Positions 1 through 12,450 of a stretch of 64,000 bases of DNA are shown one piece after another. The notes under the pieces were generated by a model. The model did not search any database, had not been told where the DNA came from, and saw only the letters and a list, made by a program, of their open reading frames with translations. The position numbers and the translations under genes were made by a program. The DNA comes from Tubiluchus corallicola (Eukaryota > Animalia > Priapulida). Position 1 is the stretch's first letter; each line of letters begins with the position of its first letter. Where the stretch lies: NCBI GenBank assembly GCA_030141605.1, contig JAQGDQ010000344.1:124001-188000 (forward strand), read 5' to 3'.

Positions 1-180
1 AAACACTCTGACATGCTGATGTAAAGATGTAAACAAAGTGACGGCCCGCCAATCTAGCACTCTGCTCGCGAAACAACGGACTGTGTCCGTAGTCTGCGGG
101 ACTTTTTGACAGTCCAGATTTTGTCCGACTCTTCCCATATTCGTAAAAGCGAGGTCTGGCAAACCGAGATATGAGTGTAT
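1..180. mobile_element. End of a TA-flanked MITE (family also at 922-1421 and about 48940-49294)
   Basis: Ends ggcaaaccgagatatgagtg-ta, the reverse complement of ta-cactcatatctcggtttgcc at 922. Confidence 0.6.
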
Positions 181-583
181 ACACATGCAGACCTGCCACG
201 TCTCTGCCGGTCTAGTATCTCTCCTTAGAGGATTTTCTTGATAGACCAAAACATTCCTCTCCTACCTACAAGCATTAACATAATAAATCGGCTCTGCTAA
301 TGTGCTGACTCATGTAAAATAATCCAATTACTTTGTATACCGCTTTATTTCAAAGGGTTTTCTCGACTCATCACAACCTGGAAGATTAATAAGTGTTGAT
401 CAGCAGACAATGCTGTAAGGCACAACAAAAAGACAAAGACAAAAGATGAGATTTATTCACCATCGCTCGTTTAACAGACAATATTATCACTAACAGCTAT
501 TTAGCGACTTGCACTTACAACAATACAGGTAAGGATGCAACACACAAATAACGAATAACATGTAGGGTATATGTCCAAGCGTT

Positions 584-650
584 GGCAGCCGCTAGCCTCG
601 ATCTCAAGACTGAGTGGTTGCAGTCCGAAATCTAGATCACTCGGCCAGCC
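584..650 (-). pseudogene. Degenerate tRNA-like sequence or SINE head
   Basis: Minus strand TGGCCGAGTGATCTAG (A-box-like), CTGCAAC loop, GAGATCGAGG (weak B-box); acceptor stem does not pair. Confidence 0.4.
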
Positions 651-679
651 AAACCAAACAACAACAGGCATGTGTGTAT

Positions 680-1832
680 TAGGGATGTTAAACATGATAT
701 CATTCCCAACGATACAATAACGATAATCTGCTTTTCAGAAAATACAATGCGATAATTTATTTCAAATGATGAAAACTATACTGAACGTGTGGTTAGCTAT
801 TGTGTAAGGAGTCCCAGTGTATTGCAACACAGTATTTTTTGCAGGTTGTTTCACAATAAATATATAGAGACATGTAATGACAAAGATCTCTCTTTTTTGT
901 TTAATCATAAAGTAATATAAATACACTCATATCTCGGTTTGCCGGACAAAAGTGGGGAGACATCGGTCCGAATTTGCTGATTGTCCTCATTTACCGACAC
1001 TAAGCTAATAGAGTAGGTGCTGTGTATTAGACTCATGGTAATGTAGAATCAATCGTCTAATTGTCTCGAAAATGTCTAGTACAGGCCACTTTTATTCAAA
1101 TGTATATAAAACTGTCAGTAATTGACTCTGTATTTTTCTGCATGTTTCAATAAGACACTTTCATGTGATCAGTGAGCTTTTTTGTGTCGTTTACTATGCT
1201 TTTGCGCACTAAAATATACGTAGAAACAATCACGTTAAGTACAGTTTATCATTACATGCTGCTTGGTTACACTGATGTAATGATGTAAAAAAAGTGATGG
1301 CTCATCAACTAGCAGTCAGCTCGCAAAACAACAGACTGTGTCCATAATATGCAGGACATTTTTACGGTTTAGATTTTGTTCAATTCTTCCGATATTCATA
1401 AATGCAAGGTATATGAGTGTATGTGAGCTGTGTCAGATAAATATATTACGTATAGGTCAATTACTACATAATATGTTTATTTATATTAGCTGCACTGTCT
1501 GCACTTTACAGGAAAAATACCTCTGAAAATACTTCACTTGGCATTCGTGTGTCAGTAAACTGACTCAAGATAGCCACTATTACAAGAAGAAAGAACAAGA
1601 AGATTATTCAAACACCTTATAAATAACTCGGTTTTCATTTTTTGTGTAATTCTAGTGCATAAATGAAAAAACTAAGTGAAATGATTTTATAACGGTGAAC
1701 GATATGAACTAAATTTGATACGATAACGATATATTTAGAATAATATCAATAAGATAATTATTAAAAGTAATTTTTCATATCAATACGTTAATTTATAATT
1801 ATCGATGCGTATCATTCTCGTTAACATCCCTA
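680..1832. mobile_element. hAT-like MITE carrying a nested element
   Basis: TIR tagggatgttaa / ttaacatcccta; 8-bp flanks gtgtgtat / gtgtgtac. Confidence 0.75.
922..1421. mobile_element. Nested TA-flanked MITE (Tc1/mariner-like)
   Basis: tacactcatat...atatgagtgta inverted termini; same terminus at 160-180 and near 49270-49294. Confidence 0.55.
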
Positions 1833-2061
1833 GTGTGTACACAGGTGAAACAAAACACTCATATACCTAAATTATTATAATCTGTTGATTTAAAATGCCT
1901 CTAAAAGTGTTATTTACAACCATGGAAATGATTCAGACAGTGATATGATTTGTCTAACAATGTTTTACTGATTATTTCACACATTCTCTCCATTATTACT
2001 CTGCACACTACTATGATTTAACTTAGCTTTCTACCTTGTTTTGAAGAAGAGTTATTTTTAG

Positions 2062-2173
2062 AAAAGCTGTATGCAGTTGGTGGCCATGATGGAAGGGAGC
2101 ACTTGAGCAGCGCGGAAATGTTTGACACTCGCACAAATAAGTGGACACGGTTATCACCCATGGCGACAAAACG
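2062..2173 (+). CDS. KLHL8: KLHL8-like exon
   Basis: tttttag|..|gtaatt; KLYAVGGHDGREHLSSAEMFDTRTNKWTRLSPMATKR. Confidence 0.9.
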
Positions 2174-5100
2174 GTAATTTGATTTGATTTTTTTAAGTAT
2201 TATAACTACATAAGTAAATGATGCGATGCAAGAAGGTTGTAACTGCTCATGACAACTTGCTGTTCTGCAGTGATACTGTGTTGTTAAAGGAAAACCGGAT
2301 GATTGTTAGAGACTCCGTTAGACTCAATCTCATTTTAATTTACTGTCCAAAATGTAAATCTTCTCCTTAGTACAACAGTTAGCAATTGCTTCTAATATTT
2401 GAATAGTTACCTTGGAAAGTTAATTAACAGCAACCGTACATAGCTATCATTTACGTCACAAACTAATCACAGTTTGTGCAATGATAGGCATTTTCCCTGT
2501 GCATTTGCCGCATTTGTGTAAGCGAAGATTGCTATAAGATGCTGACATTGTGTCACAAAAATGAGCTCTACAGTACACTCACGGATGAACACTGCAGTTC
2601 ATGGTCATGTTTATCATGGTACAGCGCCTATTTGTCGGCCACACGAATGCTACAAAAAGATGCCATTGCCAGTCTTGGTGGATTCACTGATCCACACGTA
2701 GCTTTGAAAGTTTAACAAAATTAAATTATCCGAGGTAATTATTTAATCTAAACTGTAGTTTTCAATATTTTAGTTCATATTTTATTTTGAACTAATGTCT
2801 ACACAATCGCCTGGCTTTCCTTTGAATATTTGTTTCGTTAACCTGAATCAAGATGTTAAATAAATGTTTTATGAACGTCTTCTATCATATTCACATAATG
2901 CATTGCTCATAGAGTAAGTTTTACCTGTAAATCTTTTATGACAGTCGTGGTTTAGGCGTGGCGTGTCTTGGTGGACCTGTTTATGCCGTTGGAGGGCTAG
3001 ACAACAGCCAGTGTTACAGCGCCGTGGAAAGATACGATCCAGCTTCCGACACTTGGAGTTTTGTGGCATCCATGAATATACCTAGAGGTGGCGTTGCAGT
3101 TGCAAGTCTTAAGGTATGACGATCATGATTTGGCCTATTTTGGCTAGTTTCTTTGCATGTTGCAACTTGCAATTAGTAAATGGGATCACAAACATTCGAT
3201 CATCAGTGCTCCAGGTCGCAGCTTTCCTCTAGTGTTTGTCTAGCATCAGACTGAGAATTTACTTATTATATACAGTAAGTCCCAGTGGCGGCTTGTGTGT
3301 AGGCATTGTAGAACTGTAGCATCCCCAATTTTCACTCGATATTATCGATAACATTCAATATTATGAGTCTTTCTTCTTTAATTCTTTCTTTATACTTGTA
3401 CATATTTGTAAATTTTTATACAGATCAGAGCATGGAATTGTGCGCTTAACAGCTCCAAGGAAGCAGCGTTTGGCTGTGGTGCGCATGCGGCCATGCGCAC
3501 ATGTCCGAGATAAGAGTCTGCACGCTAGGTAGAGAGAGAGCACTGTCGCTCAGGCAGTGCCGACCCTGTTTTGCAAGTGTAAAGTTGTGTTTGTTTTTAA
3601 CTCTGTATGTGTTGTGGTTAAAAACCGTGTACCACATTCTTGAATGTGATAAAGTGTAAAATTAAATGATTATCATGCTTCCAGTTATTCTGTTTAATTC
3701 CTAGTTTTTTTTTGGTCATTTTATTTTACTGAAAACTTAAATAATTTAGTCGTGGCCTTCTTGCATCACCAAGAAATAAGCATAATACTATTTAATGCAT
3801 AATTTTAAAACAATGGTAAAAATTTTCTGAAGCAGCACCCCACTGATCTTAGTACTGATTGCGGCACCCCAATTACGAGTTGCCACTGGTAAGTCGTCAC
3901 TTAGTGACTCTCCGTTTAGCGACATTTTAATGACACTAAACATTTGACACCTTTTTCTCATGTGACTCTGCATGTTTCATTTAGCCAAAATTTTTTACTT
4001 TGCTCATGGCCATATTATTTTATCATCAACTTTTTACCCAATTTGAAGCATGAAAACAGTACATATTGTGTTGTTCTATTCTAAAAACGCACTAGTAACA
4101 CAAAATATTACAACATTATTTATGATTGTATTTCCTGACTGACTGCTAAATGCTAGCCGTTTGTATAAAGTGAGATCTATTTCCTACAATGTATATGCCT
4201 CCAGTCATCTGGGTAAAAACTTTATGCAAAGGAATTTCTTCTGTAACCTGTTGCTACAGCAACCAGTATCTAGATGAAATTGTCCCAGAGTCGTCCAGGG
4301 CTTGGCATTTATTATGCAGCATTTAATGGTTATTTGTGTAGGTCTTCAGCATTAATGGAGGAGAAATTACTAACTAGATACTTGTAAGAGAGATAGGTGG
4401 TTTGAAGGAAGCAGAAAGAAATTAATCAGTAGAAGCATGAATAGAACTCATAAAATGTTTAATTTATACGAATTAAACAATATTGATTTTTGCCTCTGGA
4501 ACCTATCTCAAGTCGTTTATATTACTTTCTGTGGAAGTCATGGTCTCGTTTAACGTCGCCTTTCGCTCGAATGCATTAGCGTCATTAAGCGAGAGTTACT
4601 CTATGTGAATATAAAAGAGGTTGTATCTTGCTAGACGTTCAGGAACATGTAATAAGTTTTCGCTCTGTGTCTATGCACAACAGCTACACCCTACGTAGAT
4701 TGTAGAATTTAAAATCTGTGAAGCTAAAATTTAAGTTCAGTATCTTTCCTGAAATTATATTCATATCTAATTTTTTAAATTTTTCATTTGGTTGCAGAAC
4801 TACCTGTATGCTGTCGGCGGAAATGACAATCTTTCTTCTGTTTCAATGGGAGAGAGATACGATCCGCACCTGAATAAATGGACTCTGATAGCTTCGATGA
4901 AAACGCGACGAGCCGGCGCGGGAATTACTGCACTTAATGGCTACTTATACGTATTAGGTAAAAATTTTATAGATATTCACAAGATTTTTAAATACAAGAA
5001 GTTACAGATTAAGAAAAATGTGCGTGTTAAAAGTGAGATGCAAAAGCGTACCTTAATTGAACGTTGCAATGGGTGAAAAAGATGAAAAATTACCTTAAAA

Positions 5101-8100
5101 TTTTGTAATTGTAAATTTCTTTTGATTTTGGTGTGGTGTACACCAATCTGGTATAGGCTGTTGTTATTTTATTTTTTGTGGTGTAAATTTTACACTTTCT
5201 AACTTTTTAGCGACTTTTTTTAAGTTTTACTGGTTAATTATATAATATTATAACAATGAGCACAAATTAATGAGCCATAATAAATAAATTTGCATCTTTG
5301 TGTATGTGTTACCAAAAGAAATGGATGTTATTTTGTCTCGTTTCACAACATTAATGGGAAATTTTAGAAAGGAACGCTTCAGTTGTTGCAGTGTAAGCTT
5401 GGGGAAAGAAGTTAAACAATACTTAGCCTCATCAGTAAATGGACGATTGACATCAGGCTGACTGAGTCTGGATGATCTCTGCTGCCATACTCTCTGTGGC
5501 TATTTTTCTCGTGGAGGGAGAATTTTCATACGAGTGGAGCCAAGACATTTATACTTGCTCATTATCTAAATTGGAGGCGTATCCTCGATAACGAGGTGTT
5601 TTTCGCTCGTTAGGACAAACACGGAAACAGGGAAATAGCGAGTAACAAACCTCTACATTAGGCAGTCCCACTATTAAATATTTAATGCTTCCAAAGTGCC
5701 ATATTGCAGATTTAAGTTGAACGTTTTGAGCAAATTAGTGATAATTAAAAATGCTACTATTGATAAAAAAGGTTGCAAACAATGATACAAATTTCGCTCT
5801 ATAATTAAGGCAATTTTTAATGTGGCGATTATAAGAATCAAGCAAGAGTACCCTAAAATCTGTGTACGGCATTCATAATATAGCAAGCTTGTCAAGTTTG
5901 TCCTCCCAAAGGTAGTAGTTATTTAGGATAGTCGCATGTTGTTTTTACTTTTTTTTACTTGACATTCTGCTATGAAAAAAGTTAAGATGTACTTCAAAAT
6001 ATATAGGTGGATTCGATGAGAGTATTCCAGACTCTAGTATGGAGAGATATGATCCGGAGGCTAACTCGTGGATGCAAATGGCTTCCATGTCATGTGCACG
6101 TGGTGGCGTTGGTGTCGTAACGCTCGGCGGGCGTATCTATGCAGTGGGTGGTCACGATGGCGACGAGTACCTGAACACAGTCGAATGCTACGATCCCATT
6201 ATTGACAGGCAAGTTAAACATTTGATGTCAGTCAACGTCACATTTAAGAGATGCCCTGGAAGTTGCATGCTTTGAGATAACAATGTCCACCGAGAATCAG
6301 CATATGTGTGCTTGCATAGCAAAATCGTCCACAAGTCGGCAATTTAGCTTTTCTAGTTATTCACATATCCTGCATCTCCATTTCATGAGAATCATTTTGA
6401 TGCCAAGCTCATTGCTCTTTGTTATTTCTAAGCTGAGATAATGTACATTGGAGTTGAGGTGCACGCGACACACTGGAAAAAAACAATCTCGAGAAAATTG
6501 CAGTTAAAGTTAGCCATTGTGTTTTGCAGAAACGCGACAAAAAACAATGGCTAACTTTAACAACGATCTTTTGTTTTTTGTCGCATTTCTGCAAAACACT
6601 TAGCAACCACACAAATGTTGGTTGTTATGGACTTTGCAAGAGCAGATTGAAGTTATGCTTGAATCCAGTAGATGGCTGTTCCTGACGAAGATCTGGGTTT
6701 GGCAACAGAAAAAACCCGAAGCAAAATGAATGATTCCAGGAGCTTCTATCAGAATTTGAAAACACAAGTTTTTTGCAATTGCAGTACTAGTTTCTAGCAC
6801 GAAAAATGCGTACAGGTTTTGGTTTGCAAGCACACATATCCGCCAAATGGCAAGTAGGCTGATACCGTAGTCGCCACTTCATAAAACCACCATGCGATGA
6901 GCAACTCGTGGTCTTAAAAATGGCTGTTTTATTATGCTGCAAGCATGTGTCTTATGTGAAGAACAGTATTTGTGTAAATGCTTCACCTTATTGTACAACT
7001 CGAACACCTTGGAATTTAGTATGAACAAAGACGTTTTATTATGCTGTAAGCATGTGACTTATGTGAAGTACAGTATTTGCGTAAATGCTTCACCTTATTG
7101 TATAACTCGAACACCTCGGAATTTAGCATGAACAAAGACGTTTTATTATGCTGTAAGCATGTGTCTTATGTGAAGTACAGTATTTGCGTAAATGCTTCAC
7201 CTTATTGTATAACTCGAACACCTCGGAATTTAGCATGAACAAAGACGTTTTATTATGCTGTAAGCATGTGTCTTATGTGAAGTACAGTATTTGCGTAAAT
7301 GCTTCACCTTATTGTATAACTCGAACACCTCGGAATTTAGCATGAACAAAAACGTTTTATTCTTGATGTAGGTGGGAAAATGTTACAAATATCTCTATTT
7401 GTCGAGCCGGAGCTGGCGTGGTGTGGAGCGAAGTTTCTGTAAGAACTCTTATAGCAAGTGGTGCCATATCTTCCCCGGATAACAGCCATATAGTAAGTCA
7501 TTTATATGGAATTGGTTATTTTTCCCTATTAAAGAAGTCTAGTTACTGTAACAAAGGTTTCAGAAATGCATCATATTATCAACTATCATCTAAAAAACAA
7601 GACCAGAGATCTTTCCTAATAGCACACACCAGCAACTGACTCATACTTAAGCTTCTAATGAGTTTAGCTTACTGTTTATAATTGCTAAATATAAGCTAGG
7701 GTATTCAGTGAACATGTACATATTAACGTTAAATATAAATATAGAATATGAATGGAAACAGTTGTTAAACTGCTTAGTTGAATACTAATGTCATATTACT
7801 TTGAAAGTTGACTTTGAAACCACGGACCACGGTCATCCTTCATAAGGAGCAAAGGAACAACATAGCGATTGTTAGTGTTATGTGACTCTTGGCTAGCTAG
7901 GCCTTATCACAGAAAAATTACTATATTATATAATTAACTGAATCAGGCTTTCATATATATATATATGTATATATATGAAAGAAGCCTGATTCAGCTAATT
8001 ACATGGCCAGTTGGGCATGATACAAGCTATACTATCACCTTGAATGACAATTACATGGGTAATTGATTGAGATGCAAATCTAACTCTCAAAAACCAGTTT

Positions 8101-9618
8101 GAAAGGGCAGATCCATGCAAACAGGGTAAAAAACACTTTAACTCGAGATGTGCCATCCTGGCGTACTTCTCGATAGCAGTATTACTCACCAAGACCATTA
8201 AAACAATCAACTAACACTGATACTGTATCAATATAATTATGTCATAAAAACACATTATTTATTGTTTTAGTGAAAATGCTTAGAAATTTCTTCCAAAATG
8301 GCTAATATTTGTGCTATGACATTACGTTAGTATGAAGTACATGTTAGTGTTGCTATTTTTTGTTAACTTGTTCCAAATTGTGGTACTAAAACAGACAGAT
8401 GAGATTCTTAGTTAAGAACTACTTGGTTCATCGAATGTTAGAAAAGGTCTTAATAAATGCAACTTATACTCAAGTACTATGGAAAAGTTTTATATTTTTT
8501 TTGAAAAATTTTGCAGACAGTTTAAAATCAGGGGAAATCACACGAAAATTATTCAGTGTTTGTATAGCTGTTTACCTTTTTACTCGCACACGAGTGATAA
8601 TATATGTCATATATATGATATATGTTTGCACTGCACTCCATTGTAGTGGAAACTCTTTGTGATGTTTCTGCAGGCAATAGTGGCAAACATGTGTCACATA
8701 TATAAATGTACTGCTTTCATTTATCAGAATAATGATGCTCCATCTTATCTGAAGAAACTCATGCTAGAGAGTGCTATAAAATCTACTTTACTATATGTGT
8801 GTGAATCGTGGCTATGTGATGACCTAAAACAAATTGATAGTATATATGTTTCCTGTATTAAAGAACTGCTGGGAGTATGACAGCAAACCTGTAATGATCT
8901 AATTTACGTAGAGACAGGTATCCTGCCTTTGTCTGCAACAGTTAAGTGTGCTCAATCAAAATTTTATAAAACATTTACGTATAAGCCAAATGATATCCCA
9001 TTGAACAAGGTTTTAAGATTAGTAGAACGCGAGAGTACCAACTTATACTGTTATATGTAACAGGCTACAAGAAGCGGGTTTGATCCAAGTGAAATGATAA
9101 AGGATAAAATAAAAGTGTCAGATCAAAAGTGTAGGCAATACTATCTCAAGAAAATTAATCTAAAATGGTCTGTCAATGCTTTATATACTACAAATCTTTG
9201 CTCGTTAGAACATCGTAGAATAGCAGCTTCGCGTAAACTGGTAGATGGAGTAGAATTCCATATAATCAACGGCTTTGTATATGTGGCACGGATATACAAG
9301 ATGAGGAACATGTATTGTTAGATTGGCAGCTTACTGAACATATTAGAAACAAATCATTTAATAATATGTTTGATTTAATGAACTCAACGAATTATTTTTC
9401 CTTGCTTTCGTACAAAGTTTTGAATTTTTTAAAGGATAAAATTTGACTTGTTATGTGCTCTAACTCTGTAGCATATAAGATAGACATTTTTTGTAAGATT
9501 GTTAATTTTATGGTGTATTTTCCCTGTATTAATGTCAATAAATAAATAACTAACTACAGTTTCTTTTGTTTAGGAGCTCAAAGACACAACTCAGGGTGAA
9601 ATACATAACATAGTCTGA
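2062..9618 (+). CDS. KLHL8: Kelch-like protein 8 homolog, 3' part (kelch repeats); multi-exon, 5' exons not identified in the window
   Basis: Exons 2062-2173, 2945-3113, 4798-4957, 6007-6208, 7372-7492 and putative 9574-9618 join in frame to KLYAVGGHDGREHLSSAEMFD...RRGLGVACLGGPVYAVGGLD...NYLYAVGGND...ERYDPHLNKW...GGFDES...YLNTVECYDP...RW...CRAGAGV, matching the KLHL8 kelch repeats as I recall them. Confidence 0.85.
2945..3113 (+). CDS. KLHL8: KLHL8-like exon
   Basis: gacag|..|gtatga; RGLGVACLGGPVYAVGGLDNSQCYSAVERYDPASDTWSFVASMNIPRGGVAVASLK. Confidence 0.9.
3283..3888. mobile_element. hAT-like MITE
   Basis: TIR cagtggc / gccactg; flanks gtaagtcc / gtaagtcg. Confidence 0.75.
4798..4957 (+). 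CDS. KLHL8: KLHL8-like exon
   Basis: ttgcag|..|gtaaaa; NYLYAVGGNDNLSSVSMGERYDPHLNKWTLIASMKTRRAGAGITALNGYLYVL. Confidence 0.9.
6007..6208 (+). CDS. KLHL8: KLHL8-like exon ending at a GC donor
   Basis: atatag|..AG|gcaagt; GGFDESIPDSSMERYDPEANSW...GGHDGDEYLNTVECYDPIIDR. Confidence 0.88.
6302..6839. mobile_element. MITE family A, copy 1
   Basis: TIR atatgtgtgcttgca / tgcaagcacacatat; homologous to 9822-10490, 46510-46739 and 57667-58320. Confidence 0.8.
6926..7360. repeat. Tandem repeat, four copies of 107 bp
   Basis: Unit starts gttttattatgctg near 6926 and at 7033, 7140, 7247; partial copy at 7354. Confidence 0.95.
7372..7492 (+). CDS. KLHL8: KLHL8-like exon (end of last kelch repeat)
   Basis: tgtag| then WENVTNISICRAGAGVVWSEV...SHI; ends at gtaagt donor 7493, or reads on to the stop at 7639. 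Confidence 0.75.
8400..9550 (+). mobile_element. Decayed non-LTR retrotransposon (LINE) 3' fragment
   Basis: Broken ORF2 C-terminus LLYVCESWL...KELLGV*QQTCNDLIYVETGILPL and TGRWSRIPYNQRLCICGTDIQDEEHVLL (CCHC-type motif), ending in caataaataataac; 5' boundary approximate. Confidence 0.75.
9574..9618 (+). CDS. Putative terminal coding exon of the KLHL8-like gene
   Basis: Pyrimidine tract tttcttttgtttag, phase 0 compatible with the 7493 donor, ELKDTTQGEIHNIV*; no homology support. Confidence 0.45.
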   Translation, partial: ELKDTTQGEIHNIV

Positions 9619-9821
9619 TGTGATCTGACTCTCAGACGTTGGCATCAACAGCTCTACAACAACACCAGGTCAAAAAAGAACAAATTCTTTGAAGAGATGA
9701 AACTCATTCGTTGAAAGAAATTTTACAAAATGCTGTGGTAGATTTCACAATTGTTCTCCTGTCAGTAGTGTATTAGTCAGTTTTCTTGTTGGAACGGTGA
9801 CGTCTACGCCATTATGTTTTG

Positions 9822-10490
9822 TATGTTTGCTTGCAAACCAAAACCGTCCATAAGTCACCATAGTTAAAACTACGGTTTAACTGATGCTTCAAAGTAGAAT
9901 GCACCAAAATTTTGGTCATATGTCAATTTTTTGTTTTTTTAAAAAAACAAATGCTAAATATATTGAACTTTAATATTCTAGCACCAAATTGTCAACAAAA
10001 TATTTAAAGGTAATAAAAACTGATTTCATAACTTTGTATCCACTTGTCTGGCTAGAAACTAGTACTGCAATTGTAAAAAACTTGTATTTTTCAACTTCCA
10101 TAGTAGCTCAGAGTCATGGAAGCAGTCATTTTGCTTCGGGCTTTTTCAGTTCCCAAGCCCGGATCTTCCTCAGCAAGAGCCATCTACTGGATTTAAACAT
10201 AACTTCAATGTGTTCTTGCAAAGTCCGTAGCAACCAACATTTATGTGGTTATTTATGTTGAAACCCGACAAAAAACAATGGCTAACTTTAATAAGGATTG
10301 TCTCAAGATTATGTTTTTCAGTGCGTAGCCTGCACCTCAACTTGAACGTGGATTATTTCAGCTTGGAAGTAACATAGAGCAATGAACTTGGTATCAAAAT
10401 GATCCTCATGAAATGGAGATGCAGGTTATGTGAATATCTAGGAAAGCTTAATTCCGACTTATGGACGATTTTGCTATGCAAGCACAAATA
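9822..10490. mobile_element. MITE family A, copy 2 (inverted relative to copy 1)
   Basis: tatgtttgcttgca...tgcaagcacaaata; interior is the reverse complement of 6302-6839. Confidence 0.8.
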
Positions 10491-11979
10491 TAATAAGTTG
10501 TAGGATAGTGTAAATTTATGCCACAATTTCCTACTATGCTGATTCGTTGGTATCTTCTTTGATTAGAACATATTTTGCTCAATTTTTAGTATGAATTACG
10601 TATGAATATTGAATACATTATTAAACAGGTATATTTATACACGAGCAGTTATAAAAGTATAGCAGATTTACATATAGCAGATTTTCCTATACAAAAATTG
10701 TTGTTAATTTTTGCATTATTCTATTTCTTCAGCTTATATTTTGGCAACTTATTATATGTTTACACCCTCCAAAGAAAAGTATGTTTATGTCAATGGATGA
10801 CCTTTTGGGTTTGATAATTTGTGTTGCTACTCTATATATACATGCATGTACTATATTTATACAGAAGACTGCTCTAGTCAATATTTGGAGTGGCACAGTG
10901 CAATAATATAGTTCAAGTAAAGTTTCCATTTCCCTAATTCATTATGACTGTGATTTCTTCCTTATAGCTCAGAATTTTGTAGCAATGGATATTTATTGAT
11001 AAAATAAACCGCAATGGTTTATAAAATTTTGACAGTCACAGTCGTAATTGACTAATGATATTGTTAGTTGCCAGCTAATTTGGAAAAGTATTGATGCCAT
11101 AAGTTTGCATTTCCATTACTGAGTGTCTGTCCAGGCATTAGGCTTTCAAGTCCACAATGGACTATGCAATTGTTAATTCTGTAGTAATGCCTTTAGTATC
11201 ACATGAATCGTGTTGGAGAGCTTACAAATTAAACCCATTCGGTCCAACTGAGCCCAATAACTTGCCTTTTCGTTAGAGTGCCAGAGAGCTCGGATTAGGC
11301 CAAGAGTTGTAAAATGTGCCTTGCCTCAATCTGTGTCTTTTCTGTAAATTTTTTATGCGTCTCTGGCAAAACAGTCAAAAACATGCTTGATTCAATGTGC
11401 TTTGCTAATCCCGAAATGTGTGTGGATAAAATACATCTTGGAAAGGGGTTGGGCTTTTCTCCAGAAGGAGTTATCCATGTGCCGAGGTTAATATGTCAGT
11501 CAATCATGTCCCACTACACATGAAAAGTTACCCATCTCCAGGATACTCCAGGAATAAAAGTTTCAGAGCAAAACCTACTAGGTAGACTGTAAAAATATAT
11601 GAAATTTATAGATTCATGAAATTTGTGTAGTTATTGTTTGCAAGTCAAAAGCATTGCTTTAACATTCCATACCTCATGATACCTGTTAAATGGAGAGTAA
11701 AACTAAAATAAATTCGGAAAATATTTTTTTAGGAATGTGATCATGTTATTAGAATTCCATGTGTGCCAAATTCTGTTTTATTTGCTGTTAAATTTTCACA
11801 TGTCAATTACTATTTTGTAATAAATATGAATTTACATAAAATGTTCGGTTTTGTGTTTGGCCAAAAATTATTGGTTTTTATGTCAAGCATTTGAAAATAC
11901 TTGCAACTAGCTTGCCTAAACATGTAGACAATACAAGCAGAGAAACTTGTGAGTTTAGCTGGGGTGGGGTTGGGGGTGT

Positions 11980-12450
11980 TGGGAGTCATCTATATATGGA
12001 CATGGTTGTTTGAAGCTTGTATGGTAGTTGCATTAGTAAGAATGATGACATTTTACTATGGGTATTTGACAGCTGTCTGGTAGTTGTATCAGTAAAGATA
12101 TTAACAGTGTCCAAGTGTTCAAAAAAAATGATGGCCTTGAACTAGGAGTGGGTGGGGTGTCTATGGACATGCTTGTTTAAAGCCTGTATGGTAGTTGTGT
12201 TAGTAAAGATATTAACAGCGTCCAATTGTTCAGAAAAGAATCGGGAGTCTATGGGCAAGTTTGTTTGAAGCGAATATGGTAGTTGTATTAGTAAATATAT
12301 TAACAGTGTCCAAGTGTTCAATAAGTAATGATGACATTCAACTGGTTTTTTTTTGGGGGGGGGGGGAGTCTATGAACATGTTTGTTTGAAACCTGTATGG
12401 TAGTCATTAGTAAAGATATTAACAGTGTTCAAAAAAGAATGATGACATTT
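11980..12450. repeat. Diverged tandem repeat, about four units with G-run spacers
   Basis: Recurring tctatggacatg..tgtttgaagc..gtatggtagttg..ttagtaaagatattaacagtgt. Confidence 0.8.

Noticed and set aside
584-650. Functional tRNA-Cys gene
   Set aside because: Acceptor and T stems do not pair; kept only as a degenerate tRNA-like sequence
6926-7360. Regular repeats resembling a CRISPR array (also 51702-52120)
   Set aside because: Units are contiguous with no unique spacers, no cas genes are present, and the context is a eukaryotic intron
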